A stretch of 32,092 nucleotides of DNA, taken from contig DATEAM010000124.1 in assembly GCA_035288385.1 (NCBI GenBank), positions 1 to 32,092 on the forward strand, in the 5' to 3' direction. The notes below the pieces were generated by a model. It had not been told where the DNA came from and did no database searches. It saw only the letters and a list, made by a program, of their open reading frames with translations. The stretch is from Thermodesulfobacteriota bacterium (GTDB lineage: Bacteria > Desulfobacterota > GWC2-55-46 > JADFVP01). Numbering within the stretch: position 1 is the first letter of the stretch; every line of letters starts with the position of its first letter. A program made the position numbers and the translations under genes. Below, in pieces: positions 8,197 to 15,814 of the stretch.

Positions 8197-8343
8197 GGGG
8201 GGAACACAATCGGTAAGAAAGGTTTCCCCCGGACCCCCTTCCAAAGACTTTTGGCTATTTCCTGTCAAGGGACTCCCTACCGGGAAATAGCTAAAAGTTT
8301 TTGAGGGGAGTTTGAGGGGAACTTTTTTCAAAAAGTTCCCCTC
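8197..8343. repeat. nested-palindrome intergenic repeat, copy C
   Basis: Left hairpin GGGGGGAAC(8197-8205)...GTTTCCCCC(8222-8230). Long arms 8237-8262 pair with 8283-8308. Right hairpin 8314-8343 has perfect 14-bp arms (GAGGGGAACTTTTT / AAAAAGTTCCCCTC). The right end overlaps the TGA stop of nth, and the left end lies 11 nt upstream of the ADH ATG. Confidence 0.8.
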
Positions 8344-8998
8344 AATGTCCTTTCTTATAAACCGTCTTATAGTAATCCGAGTAGTCGCTCACGGGGCAGG
8401 TCTCGCAGCCGGGGTTTCTCGCCTTGCAGGTCTTTCTTCCGTGGAGAATGAACAGGTGCGTCGTCATGGTCCAGCGCCTCTCCGGGATAATCCTGCAAAG
8501 GTCTTGCTCTATCTCGTCTGGGTCGTCCGAGTCGGTGAGGCCGAGCCTCTTACTCACCCTCTTTACATGGGTGTCCACGGCGAGGGCCTGCTTTTTGAAA
8601 GCGTTGCCGAGCACTATGTTGGCGGTCTTTCTTCCCACCCCTGGAAGACTCACGAGGTCCTCGACGGTGTCGGGGACACGGCCGTTGAAGTCCTCGACTA
8701 TCTTCTTGCAGCAGTTCTTTATGCTCCTGGACTTGTTCCTGTAAAAGTTTACGGAGCTTATCTCCTTCTGGAGCTCTTCGAGGCCGGTTTCCGCGTAGTC
8801 ACGGGCGGATTTATATTTCTTGAAGAGCTTTTGCGTAACCTTGTTTACGAGCTTGTCCGTGGCCTGTGCGGAGAGTATGGTGGCTATGAGGAGTTCAAGG
8901 GGGTTGGAAAATTCGAGGGCCGTGCCTGCGTCCGGGAATTCCTTTTCCAGGATATCAAGGATCTTGCGCGCCTTTTCACTCTTCCGGCTTTCAGCCAT
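8342..8998 (-). CDS. nth: endonuclease III (HhH-GPD DNA glycosylase/AP lyase)
   Basis: 218 aa with the HhH-GPD motif LVSLPGVGRKTANIVL and catalytic region AVDTHVKRV. The C-terminal Fe-S loop reads CKARNPGCETCPVSDYS, so the fourth Cys position is Ser. Confidence 0.9.
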   Translation of the reverse strand: MAESRKSEKARKILDILEKEFPDAGTALEFSNPLELLIATILSAQATDKLVNKVTQKLFKKYKSARDYAETGLEELQKEISSVNFYRNKSRSIKNCCKKIVEDFNGRVPDTVEDLVSLPGVGRKTANIVLGNAFKKQALAVDTHVKRVSKRLGLTDSDDPDEIEQDLCRIIPERRWTMTTHLFILHGRKTCKARNPGCETCPVSDYSDYYKTVYKKGH

Positions 8999-9031
8999 AA
9001 GCCAGGGACGCCATAACTAAGGGCGAGAAAA

Positions 9032-10006
9032 TCAGGACTTCCTCTCCACGACGAAGTCCGCTACGGCCAGAAGCGCCATCCTCTCGAGGTAGGGCTCGAA
9101 CATATCGAGGCTCTTCTTCGCCTCTTCCACATGGGCCCTGGCCCTGTCTTTCGTGTACTCGATTCCGCCGTGCCTCTCTATTATCTTCATGACCTCGTGT
9201 ACCGTAGCGTCGTCGAGGGTGTCGGCCTCGACGGCCTCGGTGAGGAGCCGCTTTTCTTCCTCCGTAGCTTTTTGAAGAGTATGGATAAGGGGCAAAGTGA
9301 CCTTCCCCTCCCTTATGTCGTTGCCCACGGACTTGCCGAGGTCCTCGTCGGTGGAGATGTAATCGAGGCAGTCGTCCATGAGCTGGTAGGCTATGCCGAG
9401 GCTCATGCCGTAGTTCGCAAGGGAGAGCTCCTTCTCCAGGCCGACCTCGCCCAATATGGCGGCCACCTGTGCCGAGGCGGAGATGAGCACCGCGGTCTTG
9501 TTCGTAATGACGTTGAGGTATTCCTCCTCGGTGGTCTCCGTGTCGCTGTGTTTAAGGAGCTGCATCACCTCGCCCTCGGCCATGCGCGTAGTGGTCTGGG
9601 CGAGGACATTGAGTATCCTCTCGTTTCCGTATGCGACGGCGAGCGAGAAGGCCTTGGAAAGGAGGTAGTCGCCCACGAGTATGCTCGCTCCATCGCCCCA
9701 CACCGTATTGGCGGTGCGGCTGCCCCTTCTTAAATCCGCGTTGTCCACCACGTCGTCGTGAAGGAGTGTGGCCGTGTGTATGAACTCCACCACGCCGGCA
9801 AGCGGTATGTGCCACTCGCCGTTGTAACCACAGAGCCTTGAGCACAGGAGCATCACAAGGGGCCTGAACCTCTTGCCGCCGCTGTTCAAGATGTACTCCC
9901 CCACCTTGCTTACCAGCCAGACATCGGAGTTGAGGTTCTTTTTAAAAGACCCCTCTACCTTTTTTACGTCGTCTTTTATAAGGTCAAAGACTTCCTGGAT
10001 ATGCAT
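9032..10006 (-). CDS. long-chain polyprenyl diphosphate synthase (trans-IPPS, IspB/HepT-like)
   Basis: First Asp-rich motif LLHDDVVDNADLRRG and second Asp-rich motif QLMDDCLD. The ORF track starts at 10057. I favour the ATG at 10006 (MHIQEVFDLIKDD). Confidence 0.85.
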   Translation of the reverse strand: MHIQEVFDLIKDDVKKVEGSFKKNLNSDVWLVSKVGEYILNSGGKRFRPLVMLLCSRLCGYNGEWHIPLAGVVEFIHTATLLHDDVVDNADLRRGSRTANTVWGDGASILVGDYLLSKAFSLAVAYGNERILNVLAQTTTRMAEGEVMQLLKHSDTETTEEEYLNVITNKTAVLISASAQVAAILGEVGLEKELSLANYGMSLGIAYQLMDDCLDYISTDEDLGKSVGNDIREGKVTLPLIHTLQKATEEEKRLLTEAVEADTLDDATVHEVMKIIERHGGIEYTKDRARAHVEEAKKSLDMFEPYLERMALLAVADFVVERKS

Positions 10007-10105
10007 CTGCGCCTCTTTCGAAAAAAGCCCCGATGGACCATCCGGAGGCTGTATCACTGAAATTGTGGGCCGGGTGAGTTAAGGATGTTCGGCTCAAACA
10101 AATAA

Positions 10106-10134
10106 ATGTTACCGCAACTGTTCTTTTCTGTCAA
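10106..10134 (-). promoter_or_regulatory. candidate sigma70 promoter for the polyprenyl synthase-nth unit
   Basis: The minus strand reads TTGACA-N17-TAACAT (a perfect -35, and 4/6 for the -10). It lies ~95 nt upstream of the ATG at 10006. Confidence 0.35.
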
Positions 10135-10155
10135 AAACATTTTCGCCCGTAAGCG

Positions 10156-11022
10156 TTAAAGGACGCAGAGCTTTCTTATCATGCAGCTCTCGCACTTCCG
10201 CAAATCCTTTCTCGCCGCACATTTTTCAAGGATGCCCAGCCTGCAGAGGGAAAAATCGTACTTTACGGGGTCCCCTGGGTCGAGAACCTTGAGGTTCTCC
10301 GTAATCTCCTCGGCCATCTTCCAGTCGGGGCTCTTTCTCTTGGTAAGGCCTATGTTTCGCGATATGCGCGCTATATGGGTGTCAAGGGGGATGACGAGCA
10401 TTGACGGGTCGACGCCTTTCCAGATGCCGAAATCAAGTCCGTCGGGGCCCCTGACCATCCACCTCAAGTACAGGTTAAGCCTCTTGCAGGGGCTCCCGCC
10501 CCGGGGCGAAGGGAAAAAGAACCTTACCCCCGCGTCCCCGGGGAGCCCCTTCGTCCCGTAAACATGGGCGCAGTCGAGGGCAAGGACCTTTTCCGAAAAG
10601 GCCGAAAGGGCCCCCTTTATGTTCCTCTCGCCCGGTGAAAAACAGTCGAGGAAAAAACCTCCTATGGAACCGCACTCATCGAGCATCTGCCTTGCGAAAT
10701 AGACGAGGCACGTTATATCGTCTCCGTCGTTGAACCTGTGCCTGAAACCGGAAAAGAGCCTGCCTCCGCTCTGAGGCTCGAAGTTGATGGTAAACTTGTA
10801 GGGACTTGCGCCCATGACCCTGAGGACCCGCTCTACGCTCCTCCTTATCCCCTCTACCCTCCCGTAGGCGAGGCTCGAGGCGACAAGCCCCACTATCTCT
10901 CGGTCCCGCGCGGTCTTGTACCTGTGTACGAACTCGAGGGGGTCCGTGTGGAGGAAAGCCCTGTCGTAGGTCCTGTAGAGTCTTTCGAGCTCTCTTTTGA
11001 GTGATGTATCGCTTATGCCCAT
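10156..11022 (-). CDS. DUF2400/TIGR02757-like protein (HhH-GPD-related fold, C-terminal Cys cluster)
   Basis: 288 aa. The N-terminus FLHTDPLEFVHRY..DREIVGLVASSLAYGRVEGI resembles the DUF2400 family as I remember it. It has a PLDTHIARISRNIGL block like glycosylase HhH regions, and a C-terminal Cys cluster CRLGILEKCAARKDLRKCESCMIRKLC. Confidence 0.6.
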   Translation of the reverse strand: MGISDTSLKRELERLYRTYDRAFLHTDPLEFVHRYKTARDREIVGLVASSLAYGRVEGIRRSVERVLRVMGASPYKFTINFEPQSGGRLFSGFRHRFNDGDDITCLVYFARQMLDECGSIGGFFLDCFSPGERNIKGALSAFSEKVLALDCAHVYGTKGLPGDAGVRFFFPSPRGGSPCKRLNLYLRWMVRGPDGLDFGIWKGVDPSMLVIPLDTHIARISRNIGLTKRKSPDWKMAEEITENLKVLDPGDPVKYDFSLCRLGILEKCAARKDLRKCESCMIRKLCVL

Positions 11023-11142
11023 CCTCTGTCCCGGCCGGTAAAAGGCTAACCTTCGATTATCTTAATTTAATCGCCCCAGTAAAGTCAACAAAGTCAAAGA
11101 ATCCACGAAGGCCTGTTCGAAGGAAAGCCGGAAAAAAATCCC

Positions 11143-11172
11143 TTCACAGACTAACCGATTATAAGTTATAAT
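11143..11172 (+). promoter_or_regulatory. candidate sigma70 promoter for the cupredoxin gene
   Basis: The plus strand reads TTCACA-N18-TATAAT (a perfect -10). It lies ~100 nt upstream of the ATG at 11273, which has an AAGGAGG Shine-Dalgarno 8 nt upstream. Confidence 0.35.
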
Positions 11173-11272
11173 TCGACATCCGCGCTAACAACGCAATCAC
11201 CGGGAGGGTTTTACACCAACCGAGTCGTGACGGTGCGCCTGAAAAAGCTTTCTCACTAAGGAGGACCTTTAT

Positions 11273-12097
11273 ATGCATCAAAAGAAGACGGTCTTTTTTC
11301 TCTGCCTGCTCGCGGCCCTTTTATCCCTCGCCCCGGCCTACGCTGAAGAATCCGTGATAAGGAAAGGCTTTATAGAGGCCTTCGACGCGAACGACGCGGC
11401 GAGGATGCATGCGATAGTCGAGGAGAACAAGGAAAAAATCCCCGACGAGATAACCTCGCTCCTCGAAGAGAGCAGGAGACCCGATGTCGCGGTGGAGCAC
11501 AAAGAGGGTAACCGCTACATAGCCGAGCTCATGGCCATAAGGTACAAGGACATTACCGGCGACGCAGAGCCGCTCATAAAGGTAAAAAAAGAGGTCTTCA
11601 ACTCCAGGCTGACCCCTACTGTGCGCTCGACCCCCTCGGAAGGGGCGCATATCGTGGACATCCCCGTGGCGACGGGGGGGGCTAAAAACGTCTTCGTCCC
11701 GGACAACATAATTATCCAGAAGGGCGAGACCGTAAGGTGGACCAACCATGACACAATCGCCCACGTATTTGCCTCCATGCCCCTTATAGGCGAAGTGGGC
11801 CTCTTCGCGCCGAGCATCGAGCCAGGGGGGGGCTGGGAGTTCACCTTCGAAAAACCGGGGGAATACTACTATATCTGCTTCATCCATAAAGGGATGATAG
11901 GCAAGATCACCGTGGAAGGTGCGGCAGCCGGGGGGGCCGGGGGGGCCGGGGGGGCCGGGCAGGCGGCGCAGCCAGCCGCGCAAGAACCCTCCATGGAGCA
12001 CGAAGAGGGCTCCCACGAAAAGGGCCATGAAACCGGGGCTGAAGGAGGAGCGGCGAGCGGCGCGGAAGACGGGGGGGCCGGCGAGGCTTCAGAATAA
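11273..12097 (+). CDS. secreted type-1 blue copper protein (cupredoxin, amicyanin/plastocyanin-like) with N-terminal helical domain and Gly/Ala/His/Glu-rich tail
   Basis: Strong SD and signal peptide MHQKKTVFFLCLLAALLSLAPAYA. Candidate Cu ligands are the His in DTIAHVF and C-x2-H-x2-M in YICFIHKGM (amicyanin-type spacing). The tail reads AAAGGAGGAGGAGQAAQ...MEHEEGSHEKGHETG. Confidence 0.85.
   Translation: MHQKKTVFFLCLLAALLSLAPAYAEESVIRKGFIEAFDANDAARMHAIVEENKEKIPDEITSLLEESRRPDVAVEHKEGNRYIAELMAIRYKDITGDAEPLIKVKKEVFNSRLTPTVRSTPSEGAHIVDIPVATGGAKNVFVPDNIIIQKGETVRWTNHDTIAHVFASMPLIGEVGLFAPSIEPGGGWEFTFEKPGEYYYICFIHKGMIGKITVEGAAAGGAGGAGGAGQAAQPAAQEPSMEHEEGSHEKGHETGAEGGAASGAEDGGAGEASE
11928..11954 (+). 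repeat. perfect 9-bp tandem repeat (CCGGGGGGG)x3 plus a partial fourth unit, inside the cupredoxin tail
   Basis: Read directly from the sequence: three G7 homopolymer runs in phase, encoding the (AGG)n linker. Confidence 0.9.
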
Positions 12098-12178
12098 GAT
12101 AGGCCTTCCGCACTTTCGAAGGACTGCCCCGGCAGGGTTCCCGCCGGTTTGCCCTGAGTGGCGGCCATGGAGGGCGGT

Positions 12179-13600
12179 CTAAAACCTGTCAGAGACCCTT
12201 TCAAAGCACTCGAAGACTTCCGGGTCAAGGTGCGCTCCAACCGAGCTTCTCATCACACTCATCGCCTCGCCCTTCTTCAGGGCCTTCCTGTAGGACCTGT
12301 CGGAGGTGAGGGCGTCAAAGGTATCTGCTACCGTTATGATCCTCGACGCGAGAGGTATCTCGCCGGCCTTGAGCCCCATGGGGTAACCGGTGCCGTCGAA
12401 GTGCTCGTGGTGGTGGCAGATCCAGTTGGCGATCTTCCCGAACCTGTGTATATGACCTATCATCCTGGCGCCTATCTCGGGGTGCTCGCGCATCTTGCTC
12501 ATCGCCTCGTCGTCGAGTCTCCCCGACTTGTTGAGTATCTCCTCGGGGACACCTATCTTTCCCGTGTCATGGAGAAGGGCCGCGAGCTTTATCCATGAAA
12601 TGGTCTCATCCGGGATATCCATCTCCTTTGCGATACCCACCGCTATCTCGGTCACCCGTTTTGAATGGCCGTAGGTATAGGGGTCCTTGGCGTCGATTGC
12701 GAAGCTGAAGGCCTCGGCGGTCCTGAAGAGCATGTCGCGTATCTCGTCGAAAAGGAGCGCCTTTTTTATCGACACGGCGCACTCCGAGGCTATGCTCGAA
12801 AGGAGTTTTATCTCAGTGGAGTAAAACTCCTCCCCGTTGAGCTTGTCGGTTGCGACAACCGCCCCCATAACGGAGTCCTCCACCACCATGGGTATGATGA
12901 GTATCCTGGTCACCGGGAAGGGAAGGCCCTCGAACCTCCTGTCCCTTGATACGTCGCAGACGGTAATCGCCTCCTTCCTGTCGTAGACCTGTCCCATGAG
13001 CCCGGCGCCTGCGCTCATGGTCATGGTGGAAGCGGTGCTCGAGTCCCTGCCCACCGACACCTTCGGGATAAATAATTTTTTTGACGGTTCTTTGACCTCC
13101 CCGTTGCGAACATAGCAGACGTCGTGCGAGATGTCCGCCATCGGTATCTCCACGACAAGGAGCACGGAGACGTTCGTGGAGGGCACGAGGTTCATGACCT
13201 CGTCGGAAAGCACGGCGCAGACCCTGTCAACGTCGAGCCCCGCTCCAAGGCGCCCGGAGAGCCTCCACATAAGGGATATCTCTTCATAGTTTCTCGCCAC
13301 CTCCCCTGCGAGGCTCTCTATCTCGTATCCCGCATCCACGAGCCTCATCATGTTGTCGGCGATGAAGTCGAGCCTTGGAGCGTTGGGGCCGCTCTCATGC
13401 ATGGCCACGTAACCGAGGTGCGTGTCCCTCATGTCGATGGGACGCACAGCGAGGGTCGAGCCGCGCGCCTTGGGCGGCGACTTCAAGAGAGGCTTTTTAT
13501 CGGTATCAAGGAGAAAAACGGAGCTGCCGAAGCCCTTCGAATACCCGTCGAGCAGCTCCTGTGCCCTCTCTCTTGAAATGTAGTCGAATATCCTGGACAT
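12179..13600 (-). CDS. GAF-domain HD-GYP c-di-GMP phosphodiesterase
   Basis: 473 aa with a central GAF-like region. HD-GYP signatures are HSKRVTEIAV, LLHDTGKIGVPEEIL and HHEHFDGTGYPMGL. Confidence 0.85.
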   Translation of the reverse strand: MSRIFDYISRERAQELLDGYSKGFGSSVFLLDTDKKPLLKSPPKARGSTLAVRPIDMRDTHLGYVAMHESGPNAPRLDFIADNMMRLVDAGYEIESLAGEVARNYEEISLMWRLSGRLGAGLDVDRVCAVLSDEVMNLVPSTNVSVLLVVEIPMADISHDVCYVRNGEVKEPSKKLFIPKVSVGRDSSTASTMTMSAGAGLMGQVYDRKEAITVCDVSRDRRFEGLPFPVTRILIIPMVVEDSVMGAVVATDKLNGEEFYSTEIKLLSSIASECAVSIKKALLFDEIRDMLFRTAEAFSFAIDAKDPYTYGHSKRVTEIAVGIAKEMDIPDETISWIKLAALLHDTGKIGVPEEILNKSGRLDDEAMSKMREHPEIGARMIGHIHRFGKIANWICHHHEHFDGTGYPMGLKAGEIPLASRIITVADTFDALTSDRSYRKALKKGEAMSVMRSSVGAHLDPEVFECFERVSDRF

Positions 13601-13601
13601 C

Positions 13602-15428
13602 TCAACCCTTCTCTCTCAGCATCTCCACCATCTTTTCCAGCCCGCCTCCGTACTGCGTTGTCCCGAGCCCTATGCACCGCATGTCCCTTACCAGTATATT
13701 CAGGGTGAGCACAATCGGTATGTACACTGTGGAGCCGCTGGTGCGAAGCGTTGTAAGGACTGCGTACAGGTCGTCTTTTGGAAAGCTCCCCACTACAATC
13801 AGGTGCACCGGCCTCGTAGAGCCCACGGAATCCGCATCAGGGACTATGGACGTCTCATAGCCCTTCGAGCCCATGAAGAGCTGCAGGTCCCTCGCCTCGT
13901 CGGGTTTGTTCGATATTATCGTTATCCTTCCCGAGTCCCTGTTCAAGACCGCCTTGATAGCCTTCTCTATCTGGTCCTTGTCGAAAGGTTTTGATATGTA
14001 CCCGTTTACGGCGACCTGCGGGCCCGACTTCTCGTCGTTAATCACCGAGACCATGTAAACCGGTATGCCGAGGACGCTCGAGAGCGTCCTTATCTCGCTG
14101 AACTGCTCCTCCCCTTCGAGGTAGCCCGTGATGATCGCATCCGGGTGCCTGAGTCTTGCGAGCTCGACGGCGGTGCGGGTGCTGTTCGCCCCGAGGGTCC
14201 TGTACCCCATGGCCTCGAGGTTCTCCCTCAATATCCTTCTCATCGCCGTGTCGTCCTCGAGGATCATTATCTGCCCCCCCACGAGGTCCACGCCCCTCGT
14301 GGCCATCGCGTCCTCGCGGGCGGCTATTGACTTCTTGTAAAGAGTAAAATAAAAGGTCGAGCCCTTGCCGAGCTGGCTCTCCACCCATATCCTTCCCCTG
14401 TGACCCTCTATAATCTTCTTGCAGATGCTCAGCCCCAGGCCCGAGCCCTTGGCCCTTCCAGCAAGCTCGTCACCTATGCGGTAAAACTCCTCAAAGACCT
14501 TCTCCTTCTCTTCCGGATATATCCCCTCGCCCGTGTCCCTTACGAATACGCGTATCTCCTCCGGCATCTCCTCGGCGCCGGCAGTGATGCCGCCCCTGGA
14601 GGTGAATTTAACGGCGTTGCTCAGGAGGTTCAACATCACCTGAAGTAGCCTGTTCCTGTCCCCCTTTACGAGTGTGAGGTTCCCGGGAAGGTTGGTCTCC
14701 ATGAAAAGGCCCTTGTTCTTCGCCAGCGGCAATATCGTCTTTACCCCGGTCTGAATCACCTCGCCCACGTCCACGTTGTCCATGTGCCACTGCGTCCTGC
14801 CGGAATCGAGCCTCACCACGTCGAGTATCTCGTTTGTGAGCTGCGTAAGCCTCTCGCTCTCCTCGTTTATTATACCGAGAAACTCCTTTCTCGTGTCATC
14901 GTCTATGTCGGAGTAGTTAAGGAGTATCTCGGAAAAGGAACGTATCGAAGAGAGAGGGGAGCGTATCTCATGGGAGATGGAGGAGAGGAAGTGGGTCTTG
15001 TTAACGTCCAGTTCCTTAAGCCGCTCGTACCTCTCCATCATGGAGTCTATCTGCGACTGGAGGTTGGTTATATTCAGGTTAAGGGCGTTGGTGAGGCCGT
15101 GGTAGGTATCGGAGGTCTTCCTGACGCTGTCCTCTTCGCCTTTTATTACCCCGGAAAGATACCCGGAGGCCAGCGCCATGACAAGGAAGGCTGGCACGTT
15201 TTCCCCGACGGCGTAAAAGGGGTATTCATCGCCCACGATAAGGGGAAGTATGGCGTAGAGGGCGCAGAAGGTGAGGGAGGAGAGCAACAGGGAGTTCGGG
15301 TCGAAGAAACGGGTGAGCAGTAGTATCGCCGGGAAGTAGATAAGCCTCAGAGGGCTCTCCACCCCGCCGGTAAGAAAGACCGCCGGAATAAGTCCCGGGA
15401 GAACGAAATAGAAAAATACCTTATTCAT
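13602..15428 (-). CDS. membrane sensor histidine kinase with two C-terminal degenerate receiver-like domains
   Basis: 608 aa with N-terminal hydrophobic helices and the H-box FLSSISHEIRSPLSSI. HATPase_c blocks are LLSNAVKF, DTGEGI and GSGLGLSICK. Two REC-like domains follow (IMILEDD...PDAIITGYLEG...ISKPF and ITIISNKPDE...HLIVVGSFP), and neither has the phospho-acceptor Asp. There is an 8-nt overlap with the upstream receiver gene. Confidence 0.85.
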   Translation of the reverse strand: MNKVFFYFVLPGLIPAVFLTGGVESPLRLIYFPAILLLTRFFDPNSLLLSSLTFCALYAILPLIVGDEYPFYAVGENVPAFLVMALASGYLSGVIKGEEDSVRKTSDTYHGLTNALNLNITNLQSQIDSMMERYERLKELDVNKTHFLSSISHEIRSPLSSIRSFSEILLNYSDIDDDTRKEFLGIINEESERLTQLTNEILDVVRLDSGRTQWHMDNVDVGEVIQTGVKTILPLAKNKGLFMETNLPGNLTLVKGDRNRLLQVMLNLLSNAVKFTSRGGITAGAEEMPEEIRVFVRDTGEGIYPEEKEKVFEEFYRIGDELAGRAKGSGLGLSICKKIIEGHRGRIWVESQLGKGSTFYFTLYKKSIAAREDAMATRGVDLVGGQIMILEDDTAMRRILRENLEAMGYRTLGANSTRTAVELARLRHPDAIITGYLEGEEQFSEIRTLSSVLGIPVYMVSVINDEKSGPQVAVNGYISKPFDKDQIEKAIKAVLNRDSGRITIISNKPDEARDLQLFMGSKGYETSIVPDADSVGSTRPVHLIVVGSFPKDDLYAVLTTLRTSGSTVYIPIVLTLNILVRDMRCIGLGTTQYGGGLEKMVEMLREKG

Positions 15429-15792
15429 TCCTCTCCCCCAGGATGCTCCTTATCCTGGCCACTATCTCCTTGGGACTGAAGGGTTTTGTTAGAAACTCGT
15501 CTGCGCCTTCACGCAGGCCCTGCTCCTTGTCGATCTCCTGACCCTTCGCCGTGAGTATTATCACGTAGCTGTCCTTCAACTCAGGGTCGGCTTTTATCGC
15601 CCTGCAGGTGTTGAACCCGTTCATCTTGGGCATCATGAGGTCGAGAAAGATAATCCTCGGCTTGAGGCTCCGGGCCTTCCTGAGCCCTTCTTCCCCGTCC
15701 CTGGCCACCTCGACCTCGTAGCCTTCCTTCTTGAATACAAAGGAGAGCGAGCGCTGTATGAAAGGTTCGTCGTCAACAACGAGTATGGTCAT
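15421..15792 (-). CDS. single-domain CheY-like response regulator
   Basis: 123 aa with canonical REC residues: VVDDEP, the phospho-acceptor Asp in FLDLMMP, ILTAKG and TKPF. Confidence 0.9.
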   Translation of the reverse strand: MTILVVDDEPFIQRSLSFVFKKEGYEVEVARDGEEGLRKARSLKPRIIFLDLMMPKMNGFNTCRAIKADPELKDSYVIILTAKGQEIDKEQGLREGADEFLTKPFSPKEIVARIRSILGERNE

Positions 15793-15814
15793 CTGTCTCT
15801 CCGCGTTCTAAATG

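Noticed and set aside
1741-8343. The three repeat copies as a CRISPR array or rRNA/tRNA-like genes.
   Set aside because: The copies lie kilobases apart, separated by genes, are internally palindromic, and one is inverted. There is no regular repeat-spacer periodicity and no cloverleaf.
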